From the NCBI GenBank assembly GCA_964532495.1, contig CAZHJZ010000003.1:3658-67657 (forward strand): a stretch of DNA of 64,000 bases, read 5' to 3'. Below are positions 26,161 through 34,392 of the stretch, piece after piece. Both the position numbers and the translations under genes were made by a program. Under the pieces are notes generated by a model. The model worked only from the letters and a program-made list of their open reading frames with translations. It was not told the origin of the DNA and did no database searches. This stretch comes from an uncultured Candidatus Saccharibacteria bacterium (lineage in GTDB: Bacteria > Patescibacteriota > Minisyncoccia > Phycocordibacterales > UBA9973). Every line of letters begins with the position of its first letter. The first letter of the stretch is position 1.

Positions 26161-26652
26161 ATGCAAACAACCCAGATCGAACAAATTGTTAAGGAATTCT
26201 TCAAAGAAACCGGACTCTATGCCGGAGAGGTTTCATTCATCCAAGACGACGATACGAAAACGATCTGGTGTGCGATTTCACTCAACGACGGACGCCTTCT
26301 CACAGGCAAGAATGGTGAAACATTGGCTGCCATCAACCACCTTGTACGAAAGATTATTGAAAAGAATCTTGGTATCAAAGAGGAAGACAAGCAGGCCGCA
26401 TGGAATATAATTGTAGATATAAACAACTTCCAAAAGAAGCGCGTAGATAGCGTTAAAGCAGTGGCTCATATGATGGCAGAGCGTGCTCGATTCTTCAAAT
26501 CAAGCATTGAAGTTGATCCGATGCCGCCGTTTGAACGCCGAATCGTTCACGAATTTCTCTCAAACATGCCTGACCTCAAAACAGAATCTACTGGTGAAGG
26601 AATGAAGCGAAGAGTAGTGATCAAATACGTAGGAAATAACTCAACAATATAA
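26161..26652 (+). CDS. jag: Jag/KhpB-like RNA-binding protein (KH + R3H domains)
   Basis: Immediately follows yidC, as in the yidC-jag operon. The C-terminal R3H-like segment reads ...FERRIVHEFLSNMPDLKTESTGEGMKRRVVIKY. Confidence 0.7.
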   Translation: MQTTQIEQIVKEFFKETGLYAGEVSFIQDDDTKTIWCAISLNDGRLLTGKNGETLAAINHLVRKIIEKNLGIKEEDKQAAWNIIVDINNFQKKRVDSVKAVAHMMAERARFFKSSIEVDPMPPFERRIVHEFLSNMPDLKTESTGEGMKRRVVIKYVGNNSTI

Positions 26653-26654
26653 AT

Positions 26655-26692
26655 AAAAAACGTCTTACAATAGTAAGACGTTTTTTATTTAT
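26655..26692. terminator. bidirectional terminator aaaaaacgtcttac-aata-gtaagacgtttttt
   Basis: 10-bp perfect stem flanked by A6/T6, between convergent jag and the 26694..28319 gene. Confidence 0.7.
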
Positions 26693-26693
26693 A

Positions 26694-28319
26694 TTATATG
26701 GCTTGTTCTACAGGTGGAGTCAGATCGTATTGCCATAATATGTTTGTATCCCTGTTCATGAAATAGAGGTATCTGTATTTGTCGTCTACCCGCAATCGCA
26801 CGCCGTCTGTGGGTTCGCCGCCTTCCGAGAGCGGGCTAAATAGCTGGCGGTTGTCGTAGTTGCCTGTAGGGTCTATGTACCAGAATGAGTCGGTAAACGA
26901 TACTGTTCCCTGATACCAGCTATCTGGATAGACTGATCCAGCCGGGATAACAGCAGGAACTGCGCAATAAAGACTAGCACTGTCATTTGCCCAGACACAT
27001 TTCTCAGGAAGGCTATAGAGACCGAGGTTTGTTGTTTTATTGGTCGACACATCTTCAAGCGTAAGCGCTGGGCCGTTCTTTGTGTTTTTGCTATACAACA
27101 AGTATTGCCCGTTCGGACTCATAAGCGTTGTGAGCGCGCTCACCGGCCCTACAACCTTTGTGAAATCTCCTTTTGTAAGATCGGTAGTGTAGGCATATCC
27201 TGTGGCGTAGGCTGTTGCTTTGATGGTAAAGACAAGCTTGGTCGGCGTAGCCCACTGAGAAAGCCATCCAAAAAATTGTGAAGAAAATACTTTTTTCTGG
27301 TTCTTGCCATCAAGATCGCTGGTAAATCCAACAAGGTTGCCGCCAGTAGGGAGCAAGTAGAAAATCTGCTTTCCATCGGGTGAAATAGTGAGGTCTGCAA
27401 TATTTTTCGGCATTGCGAACACTGAAAGTTCCGGGAGTGAATCTCCCCCAACGACTGGTTCATTGATCTTTCCGATAAGAGTGTCGATGGTCTCGTTGTC
27501 AGCTTCAAGCGATCGGAGGAATACCTGCGCTCCCTGGTCTCCGAAGAATGCTTGCTGTACGCGAGGAATTGTCGTTGCCGAAAGGCGGGTTGTCTGAAGT
27601 GAATCTGCGAAAGCATCAAAAATGTTGCTTGTTCCTTCCGCGACAAATCGGACAATTTCTTTAAGTACTGTTTCTGGGGTTTCAACCGGGAAAGTACAAA
27701 CAAAACCAGCCTGGAGTTTTTTGATTGTTACCGCGTCTACTATGCCAGTACCATTGGTGAGGTTTTGCGGTTTTAAAATATCATCAGCAAAAAGTTCCTG
27801 GAAGACAGTGATTGCTTTTGCGGTTGCTGGGCCATACAAGGTTCCTTCTTTGCCGGGAGAGCCTGCTCCAGTCGCCGCAACCTGAGTAGCTGGACACTGG
27901 TTAAGCATTTTCTGAAGCTCTGTTACGTCTGTGCCAGTATCCCCCGTCTTGATCTCTTTTGAAAAAGCATATGATGTTGTAATGGTAACTTGTTTTGGTG
28001 CTGGAATGCTGTTTGGATCAACAGGCACTCGCTTTTGCGTAGTGGTGTAGCCAATGACCGGATTAACAGAAACTTTTCGTAGTCGAGGAATTTTTTGCCC
28101 TGGCGTTACAGTTGGTCCGCCCGTTGTCTGTTGCGGCCCGCTAGTCGTATTGTTGTTATTTTGAGCAGGATTTCCTGGCCCGAATGGGAAAAGATCCTTG
28201 ATCGTTACTGGCCCGCCGCCGTTATTCTTCTGTGCGTTTCGATACAGGAAAAATCCAAGGAGAAAAAGCCCGATGAGAACAAAGATAATTATTAAAATGG
28301 TAAATGATTTTTTTGACAT
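26694..28319 (-). CDS. membrane-anchored protein with peptidoglycan-binding (PG_binding_1-like) domain and TolB-like beta-propeller repeats; last gene of the T4SS-like locus
   Basis: N-terminal TM helix (FTILIIIFVLIGLFLLGFFLY); segment GDTGTDVTELQKMLNQ....LYGPATAKAITVFQ typical of the PG-binding domain; repeated SPDGKQIFY / SPNGQYLLYS PD40-like motifs. Confidence 0.6.
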   Translation of the reverse strand: MSKKSFTILIIIFVLIGLFLLGFFLYRNAQKNNGGGPVTIKDLFPFGPGNPAQNNNNTTSGPQQTTGGPTVTPGQKIPRLRKVSVNPVIGYTTTQKRVPVDPNSIPAPKQVTITTSYAFSKEIKTGDTGTDVTELQKMLNQCPATQVAATGAGSPGKEGTLYGPATAKAITVFQELFADDILKPQNLTNGTGIVDAVTIKKLQAGFVCTFPVETPETVLKEIVRFVAEGTSNIFDAFADSLQTTRLSATTIPRVQQAFFGDQGAQVFLRSLEADNETIDTLIGKINEPVVGGDSLPELSVFAMPKNIADLTISPDGKQIFYLLPTGGNLVGFTSDLDGKNQKKVFSSQFFGWLSQWATPTKLVFTIKATAYATGYAYTTDLTKGDFTKVVGPVSALTTLMSPNGQYLLYSKNTKNGPALTLEDVSTNKTTNLGLYSLPEKCVWANDSASLYCAVPAVIPAGSVYPDSWYQGTVSFTDSFWYIDPTGNYDNRQLFSPLSEGGEPTDGVRLRVDDKYRYLYFMNRDTNILWQYDLTPPVEQAI

Positions 28320-28323
28320 AGGT

Positions 28324-29382
28324 TTACCAGTGGGCTACATGAAAATGATTGGCTTCTCGGATAAATATAACACCGTCAAATGTATACTGTCCCGCTTGTC
28401 CGACAGGACACCCGTCTCCGGATTGTCCTGCGATCCATTCATGGCATGTTCTTTTAATTCCAGGGATGCTTTTGATGTATGTTTCAAGTCCGCCTGATGT
28501 GGGATCAAGGTCTACCACTCCACTTCCGATCTCATGGGTTTGGTGGAGCCAGCATTCGCTTGCGCCAGTTAGTATGAGTTTGCAAGAAGCATCTTGGTTC
28601 TTGCAGCTAGCATTTCTAAGTTTTCTGAGCGAGTCTACATATCCGTCACCAAGCTTGTAGACACTGGTGCAGTTCTCGTCGCCCACTAATGCACAGTTTG
28701 ACTTGTTAACTTCTACGCCAACAGCGGATAATTTTACTCGAAATGCTGCGTCATTGTTGTTGATAGCCGGTATTCCTCCCCATGGCTTGCCTTTATCGAG
28801 AGCTACTCCATCAGCCGCTACTGCGTTCACACTACCTTGCTTGCAGTTGGTATTAACAGAAACATTCTGTCCGTTAATCTTGGTTGAGAGGATTCTGTAT
28901 GCGGCCGGTAAGTCGTCCTCACCCTTAACTGAAATGCCGTCGAGAGAGGGAGGGTCAATGCGCACGTCAGTGAGGTGCGGGTTGATGGTATATAAAAGTA
29001 CTACGGAAACAAGAGCGAGAATGATGCCTCCGATAGAGTGCGTGATCATTTCCCTCCCCCCCTCTTTTTTTGAAATGGCATCAGTCGTCATGTATTGAAC
29101 TCCACCGATAACAATCATGATGACACCGAGCGCCCCGATGATGCTGATAAATACTTTGATGATGAGATTGATGTAGTCTGTTGCGTTGGTTGTTGCAGGA
29201 TCATACATATCGTATGTCCCGTTTCCCAATGGAAGCGGTTCAAGCAGGCAGTATTGTCCTGAGTTGCTTTCGTTACAAGCAGCCTGAGCTTTGTGTCCCC
29301 CGGAAGATATTCCAAATACAATAAGTACAACGATGCCAAAGCTGAAGGCGATAAGAGATAGTTTTGCAAGAAAGGTACGCAT
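28324..29382 (-). CDS. VirB2/TrbC-like pilin-family protein with ~200-aa Cys-rich C-terminal extension
   Basis: Signal peptide ending ...HKAQA, then TDYINLIIKVFISIIGALGVIMIVIGGVQYMTTDAIS followed by a second hydrophobic helix (SIGGIILALVSVVLLYT). This is the two-helix TrbC/VirB2 architecture. The C-terminal half carries 10 Cys. Confidence 0.5.
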   Translation of the reverse strand: MRTFLAKLSLIAFSFGIVVLIVFGISSGGHKAQAACNESNSGQYCLLEPLPLGNGTYDMYDPATTNATDYINLIIKVFISIIGALGVIMIVIGGVQYMTTDAISKKEGGREMITHSIGGIILALVSVVLLYTINPHLTDVRIDPPSLDGISVKGEDDLPAAYRILSTKINGQNVSVNTNCKQGSVNAVAADGVALDKGKPWGGIPAINNNDAAFRVKLSAVGVEVNKSNCALVGDENCTSVYKLGDGYVDSLRKLRNASCKNQDASCKLILTGASECWLHQTHEIGSGVVDLDPTSGGLETYIKSIPGIKRTCHEWIAGQSGDGCPVGQAGQYTFDGVIFIREANHFHVAHW

Positions 29383-29385
29383 GAA

Positions 29386-30411
29386 TTACTTTAGATTAAT
29401 AGTAATATTTTTTTCCGCCTCAAGGAAAAGCTTGAGGGTATTTTCAATGGAAACTTTCAAGTTTGAGATTCCCTTGGAGGAGCCGCTTTTGAGAGTAAGG
29501 GTATTTGGGGCATTCGGCGTAGTAACGGTATCGCCGTTGATAGTCCATGTGTATCTGAGCTGAGGAGATGTCGGACTCGCCGGGGAGAAATAATACGGAA
29601 TTGCAACGAGGGTTTTTTCTACTGAAGTTATGTCGTAGGATTTGCCAAGTTCGTGGTTCCAATCAACACCCTTGATGGCATCTCGCGCATACATGAGTAT
29701 TTGCGGTTTAAATATGGGTACGGTAACCGTACCAACTCCAACAGATCCCGTGGTGTTTTCTTGGCTCGTCACCTCGATCTTTTCTTCCTCGTTCAAATAG
29801 CTTTGCTGAAAAACAAGCGCGCTTTTGTTGAATCCTGAGTATTCCGGAATAGCAGCGTCATTTCGCTTCCATCTGAAAACGAAGTTGTTGATGTTTGCTG
29901 TTGTTCCCAGGTTGTTGATCTGAGGAATAGCCACGACTCGGATATACCCTTCAGAGCTCGGCAGCGCTCGTCCTCGGTAAAATGGAGGCGTATATGAATC
30001 AGCTCCCTCCCAGATCAAATCCGCTTCTGATGGGTTGAAGAGCATTCTTTTCTGGATAGCTTCACCAGTAGAGAGGAGCATAGAGACATCGATTGTGGTT
30101 ACCTGTCCAATGTCAGCAGTTGTGAACGTAAACTGGTTTGCTCCGGTTGCTGAAAGGACAGTCTTGCCATCTTTTTTCCAAATGAAAAATGCCCGGCTGA
30201 CATCGGTGAGGTAGCTGTCTACGGTAACAGTTACGTCTTGGAATGCTCCGGGTATTTCTGGTTCTGAAGAAAACGAGACATCTTGCTGGTTGATCTGTGA
30301 GGCTTCTTGGACTGAGAGTTGCGCGTTTGTAGCCAAAGGAAAGAGACCTTCTCCAAAGAAAAGACCGACTCCGATGATTCCCAATATGAGAAATAGAGGA
30401 ATGCGCTTCAC
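29386..30411 (-). CDS. secreted/membrane-anchored hypothetical protein (341 aa), possible VirB8/TcpC-like periplasmic component
   Basis: GTG start; N-terminal TM/signal (IPLFLILGIIGVGLFF). Position between virB4 and the pilin gene. Functional assignment is inference only. Confidence 0.5.
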   Translation of the reverse strand: MKRIPLFLILGIIGVGLFFGEGLFPLATNAQLSVQEASQINQQDVSFSSEPEIPGAFQDVTVTVDSYLTDVSRAFFIWKKDGKTVLSATGANQFTFTTADIGQVTTIDVSMLLSTGEAIQKRMLFNPSEADLIWEGADSYTPPFYRGRALPSSEGYIRVVAIPQINNLGTTANINNFVFRWKRNDAAIPEYSGFNKSALVFQQSYLNEEEKIEVTSQENTTGSVGVGTVTVPIFKPQILMYARDAIKGVDWNHELGKSYDITSVEKTLVAIPYYFSPASPTSPQLRYTWTINGDTVTTPNAPNTLTLKSGSSKGISNLKVSIENTLKLFLEAEKNITINLK

Positions 30412-30425
30412 AAGTTTATTATATC

Positions 30426-30455
30426 ATGCGACCTGGCGATAGCCAGGTCGCCTCG
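30426..30455 (-). promoter_or_regulatory. hairpin gcgacctggc-tatc-gccaggtcgc abutting extended -10 TGATATAAT, GTG start 9 nt downstream
   Basis: Minus strand reads ...gcgacctggctatcgccaggtcgcATGATATAATaaacttGTG. Same module architecture as at ~33565 and ~33040. Confidence 0.5.
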
Positions 30456-30545
30456 AGCGGCGTGGTACATTAAAACTCCTATACCAGGCTCGAGCAGCCA
30501 CTAATTGTAGGAAAAACTGAAGGGAGCACCACAAAACACCCCTTC

Positions 30546-32384
30546 TTACTTCCCTTCCACTTCCTCCAAATCCTGCTTTGCTTTTCGAATCGCAAGGATC
30601 TGTGAAGGATCGGATGTGACGATCTGTTCTTCTGTGTATGATGCAATGATCTTGATAGCTACGTGCTTGAGTCCGGCAAAGAAGATACCTTCTCCGACAC
30701 CTGATTCGAGGAGGAGATACTTTTCTTCGTCTGTTAGGTGGAACACTTTTTGAAGATTGTCGATCGAACTTGGTGATTGCTTGAGCAAGATCTGGATAGA
30801 TGAGTTGGAGACAATTGGCGGGCCGTACTGGCTTTTCATGAAGTCGTCGATATTTTGAGTGATAGTCGCAAGTCCGAGATAGTATTTACGTCCGCGTTTT
30901 GCAATACCGAACAAGAATGACGCTGTGTCTTCTGACTTCATCATGATCCACGCCTCGTCCACGACAAGAAGTCGCTTTTTGAGAGTCTTGCGAACAGCAG
31001 TCCAGATGTGGTGCGTGACGATATACATGGCAACTGGCTTCAAGTCTTCTTCCATGTCTCGGATCGAAAAGACAACAAGGCGCTTGTTGATGTCCACGTT
31101 TGTTGGCTGGTTCAAGAATGTTGACCATGAACCTTTGGTAAATTTCTGAAGACGCTGAAGAATGGATTCTGATCCGTCCATTCCGGCAATAACCATTTCA
31201 AAGTCTGAAAGAAGCGGCGGCTCGGAGTTTCCGAGGTCGCTATCTACAGTAATGTCTTTCAATGCGTATGTTTCAGTAATAGCGCGGTCAACGAGGGCGT
31301 CTTCTTCTGGAGTAAGTCCTCCAAGCATGATACGGAATAGTCCAACAAGTTCGATGACGTTTCGACGGATGACATCCCCTGCTGTTTCATCAGCCGTTGG
31401 CATTGGAAGGTCGAATGGGTTGATGTGGTGATCGGATGAAAGCGAAATATTGAAGTAGCGTCCGCCAACTGCTTCAGCGAGATATTCATATTCTCGTTCA
31501 GGGTCGATAACAATAACATCAGTATCGAACATGAGCGTACGAAGAATTTCGAGTTTTGTCGTAAATGATTTTCCCGAACCGGAAGTAGCGATGGTAACAG
31601 AGTTGTAGTTTTCGAGGGAGAATCGGTCAAAGATAATAAGACCGGAATTGTGACGGTTTACTCCGTACAAAATACCCTTATCTGACGTAAGATCGAATGA
31701 AACGAATGGGAACAAGCTTGAAAGCGGCTCGGAATTGAGCTTCTGGTGGATGTTCAGCATATCGTTTCCAATTGGAATAACGCTTTTGAACCCCTCTTCT
31801 TGCTGGAAAAGCGCCGGTTTTATATAGACCAATTTGGATTCAAGGATAGACTTGATCTCGTTCTCTGTTTTGAAAAGCTCCTGTTCGTTGTCTGCGTAGA
31901 TAGTAATATACAAACCGACGTCGAACATTTTTTGCTGAGCCTGCATCAAGCTGTTACGAAGACCTTCGAGGTCGTTCACAGCAGTATCGAGCATGGGATC
32001 TCGCACGAGGCCCTTGCCTTCGCGAACATTGATCTGGCTTTGCACTTCAGCTACCTTCTTTTGGAATTCTCGAAGAATCTTTTCTGTTTCTATAGGATGT
32101 ATGAAAATTGAAACATCGAAGATCTTGTCGAGGTTGATAACCGGAGAAAACCAGTTGTCGGTAAGGAAACGAGGATATGAAATAACGAAGAATGTTCGAG
32201 CAACCTTGTCTCCGAGGTTGATGGACTTCGGTTCTATTTTGAGAGCAGATGGTGCGATAATGTCGCGGAATTCAAGCGTTGCGGCTTCGTAAATTTCCGC
32301 AGGCAGAACTGGCAAAATACCGCTTGTCGTTTGAGATGACGATGCCGCCGACTTTTTTCCAAATAATGAATCGAGGAAGCTCAT
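30546..32384 (-). CDS. virB4: VirB4-family T4SS ATPase, C-terminal ATPase part (612 aa from MSFLD...)
   Basis: Walker A ATSGSGKSFTTK and Walker B LLVVDEAWIMM; overall TraE/TrsE/PrgJ-like. The track ORF extends 55 codons further upstream in this frame, overlapping the N-part ORF. Confidence 0.85.
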   Translation of the reverse strand: MSFLDSLFGKKSAASSSQTTSGILPVLPAEIYEAATLEFRDIIAPSALKIEPKSINLGDKVARTFFVISYPRFLTDNWFSPVINLDKIFDVSIFIHPIETEKILREFQKKVAEVQSQINVREGKGLVRDPMLDTAVNDLEGLRNSLMQAQQKMFDVGLYITIYADNEQELFKTENEIKSILESKLVYIKPALFQQEEGFKSVIPIGNDMLNIHQKLNSEPLSSLFPFVSFDLTSDKGILYGVNRHNSGLIIFDRFSLENYNSVTIATSGSGKSFTTKLEILRTLMFDTDVIVIDPEREYEYLAEAVGGRYFNISLSSDHHINPFDLPMPTADETAGDVIRRNVIELVGLFRIMLGGLTPEEDALVDRAITETYALKDITVDSDLGNSEPPLLSDFEMVIAGMDGSESILQRLQKFTKGSWSTFLNQPTNVDINKRLVVFSIRDMEEDLKPVAMYIVTHHIWTAVRKTLKKRLLVVDEAWIMMKSEDTASFLFGIAKRGRKYYLGLATITQNIDDFMKSQYGPPIVSNSSIQILLKQSPSSIDNLQKVFHLTDEEKYLLLESGVGEGIFFAGLKHVAIKIIASYTEEQIVTSDPSQILAIRKAKQDLEEVEGK

Positions 32385-32385
32385 A

Positions 32386-33027
32386 TTATTGCAATTTGAT
32401 GGAACGCGAGATGTCCCCTGGATTAAAGACCTTGTAATAAAGCTCAATGGCTTCTTCCGTGCCAACTTGTACTGAACGAACACCCACACGGGTAAGTCCT
32501 TGCTGTACGACTCCGATACGCTGGTCGAGCTGGGTGCGATGTTCTTCAAAGTCGATTACCGCATTGCTTTTTTTTGTGTCACTTGAAGACCGCATGCCTC
32601 CAAAAAGGGATTTGTTGATGGTTCCGGCTCCGAGAGGAGATGAGCTATACGGAACAACGACAATAAACTGCTTTGTCATGATTGCCACTTCATCTGTAAA
32701 GCTGCGGATAAAGTTGATGTATTCTCTGGTTTGGATTTTGAGAAGCGGTTCAAGCTGTTCCTTCATGCGGTTTTCAAGCAAGAGAATGTATGGGCGGATG
32801 TCGAGCTTTCGCGACTGGATAACTATTTGCACCGAAAAGTCGAGCGAGTTCAGGAAGTTTTGAAACTGCATGATGGTTCCCTGCTGCTCATCGGCAGACT
32901 TGAGGGAGAGGTTGACTGATGAGGCGATCAAAAGAGCGCGCATACTCCCATCATTCAAAATAATGATGCCGTCGCGCACTTCCTTGATCGGAACGAATTC
33001 TTGAGTTGCTTTTGCGTTCAGTGCCAT
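32386..33027 (-). CDS. virB4: VirB4-family N-terminal domain encoded as a separate 213-aa ORF
   Basis: KATQEFVPIKEVRDGIIILNDGSMRALLIASSVNLSLKSADEQ matches the conserved N-terminus of Gram-positive-type VirB4 (PrgJ/TrsE-like). The stop is followed by one nt and then the ATG of the ATPase part (TAAtATG). Confidence 0.75.
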   Translation of the reverse strand: MALNAKATQEFVPIKEVRDGIIILNDGSMRALLIASSVNLSLKSADEQQGTIMQFQNFLNSLDFSVQIVIQSRKLDIRPYILLLENRMKEQLEPLLKIQTREYINFIRSFTDEVAIMTKQFIVVVPYSSSPLGAGTINKSLFGGMRSSSDTKKSNAVIDFEEHRTQLDQRIGVVQQGLTRVGVRSVQVGTEEAIELYYKVFNPGDISRSIKLQ

Positions 33028-33039
33028 CTGATAAATAGT

Positions 33040-33079
33040 ATACCATACCCGAATTGCCGAAAGGCAATTCGGGTATGGT
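33040..33079 (-). promoter_or_regulatory. 18-bp perfect hairpin (taccatacccgaattgcc-gaaa-ggcaattcgggtatggt) overlapping extended -10 TGGTATACT, virB4-N ATG ~9 nt downstream
   Basis: Seen directly in sequence between the PrgI-like gene and the virB4-N start. Confidence 0.55.
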
Positions 33080-33118
33080 TATATGACGTTCTAAATATCT
33101 GCGACCAAGTGAGACCAG

Positions 33119-33544
33119 TTACTGTTTGTTCTTTTTTTCCATATCAAGCACATCCAAGCTCCAGGAAAGGTCTTTCAGCTTGGAATTAGAGAGTTTTGGA
33201 ACATAATTGAAGTTTGAAAGAGAAACATCGTCTTTCTTTTCCTCGTCCTCTTTTTTCTTTGCCTTTCTGTTCTGTTTCCAGATATAGAGCTTGGCGCCAA
33301 TATAGTAATTGAAAGCCGATTCCATGATGGCGATAAACGGACGGTTATTTACTTTATAGAATGTAAGTGCAAGCGCGAGAGGAGCTATAATAAGTATGAG
33401 AGGGACAGAAAAATAGATCGGCAAGAGTTTGTAGAGCGCAAATGATGCTCCTCCTCCGCCGACCAAATAGATAAATTGCTTGAACGTGAATGGTCCAAAG
33501 ATCTTGTCTTCCACATCAATAAATTGTGGGACTTGAAATTGCAT
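33119..33544 (-). CDS. PrgI-family / VirB3-like small T4SS membrane protein
   Basis: MQFQVPQFIDVEDKIFGPFTFKQFIYLVGGGGASFALYKLLP then a second TM helix. Matches the PrgI-family N-terminal pattern (V.P.DL..V.DK.F..LT.RQ....G) with two TM segments. Sits directly upstream of virB4. Confidence 0.55.
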   Translation of the reverse strand: MQFQVPQFIDVEDKIFGPFTFKQFIYLVGGGGASFALYKLLPIYFSVPLILIIAPLALALTFYKVNNRPFIAIMESAFNYYIGAKLYIWKQNRKAKKKEDEEKKDDVSLSNFNYVPKLSNSKLKDLSWSLDVLDMEKKNKQ

Positions 33545-33564
33545 ATGTGTAGTATATCATGACT

Positions 33565-33584
33565 GACCGATAGGTCAGTCACTT
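33565..33584 (-). promoter_or_regulatory. hairpin gactgacc-tatc-ggtcagtc followed by extended -10 TGATATACT, ATG 6 nt downstream
   Basis: Minus strand reads aaaaagtgactgacctatcggtcagtcATGATATACTacacatATG (PrgI-like gene start). Confidence 0.5.
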
Positions 33585-33585
33585 T

Positions 33586-34353
33586 TTATTCTACTGGCTC
33601 TCGATATGAGTCCCCTGTCTTTGCTCCGACACTGCCTCCGCCTACGTTCTTGATCGTGCGATCTGTCTCTTTTGCTGGCATAGAGAATGTTCCGCCTAGT
33701 TTTCCTGCAAGAATGTCATCGGCAGGCTTTGCCGTCATTGGAATAGGCTGTTTGATAGCGTCTACGGACGGAGCGCCTCCCGCGTATGGAGCGCGAGGAA
33801 CAGGAATAGTTGCGCTAGCTGGCTTCTGAAAGTTCTCATTGAGAACTCGCGGAGTTGAAGGAGCTGGGTTTTCAATGCCTTTGATCATGTCTGCGCGGTT
33901 TTCAGTTGCTCCTGCGGAAGGAGTTTGAGTTGGCGCATCAGGCTGAATAGATACTCCGGACTGTGCGAAAAGGTCTTTTTCTGTTTCTGAAGAAATATCA
34001 TCGCTGCCATCTGTCGGCTTGTACAGATTCATAAGAGATGCACGGATCGGAGTAAATACCTTGTCTTTTATTTCTTGAATGAGTTCGGTAAGTTCCTCTG
34101 GCTTTTGTCCGAGTTCGTGCGCAATATCTTTTTCATACTGTGATGGAGGGGTCATTCCAAGAAGCACCATGGTAGTTTCAAGTTCAAGCGTACCCAATTT
34201 TTCATAGGTAAGCTTGTGCTTCTTCGCTATTTCGAAAAGCTGCATTTGGTAATCGCTTGAAGTGATCGTCTTTTGAATTTCTTCAGGCAAAAGGGTAAAA
34301 CGAGTCTTTAGTTCCTTTTGAAGATCTTCGAAGTTGTCTTTGTTTTTATCCAT
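33586..34353 (-). CDS. hypothetical soluble protein (255 aa) within the T4SS-like locus
   Basis: Track ORF; acidic N-terminal helical region, Pro/Ala-rich C-terminus. Confidence 0.5.
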   Translation of the reverse strand: MDKNKDNFEDLQKELKTRFTLLPEEIQKTITSSDYQMQLFEIAKKHKLTYEKLGTLELETTMVLLGMTPPSQYEKDIAHELGQKPEELTELIQEIKDKVFTPIRASLMNLYKPTDGSDDISSETEKDLFAQSGVSIQPDAPTQTPSAGATENRADMIKGIENPAPSTPRVLNENFQKPASATIPVPRAPYAGGAPSVDAIKQPIPMTAKPADDILAGKLGGTFSMPAKETDRTIKNVGGGSVGAKTGDSYREPVE

Positions 34354-34392
34354 ATAGTATTAGTTATATTGTACCACGCGATTACCTAGTAA

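Noticed and set aside
32385-32549. 55-codon N-terminal extension of the virB4 ATPase ORF (MKNIAPSS...)
   Set aside because: It overlaps the end of the virB4 N-part ORF in another frame. The conserved ATPase part plausibly begins at the ATG placed 1 nt after the N-part stop, and the extension has no homology signal. It is kept only as evidence for the split or frameshift hypothesis.
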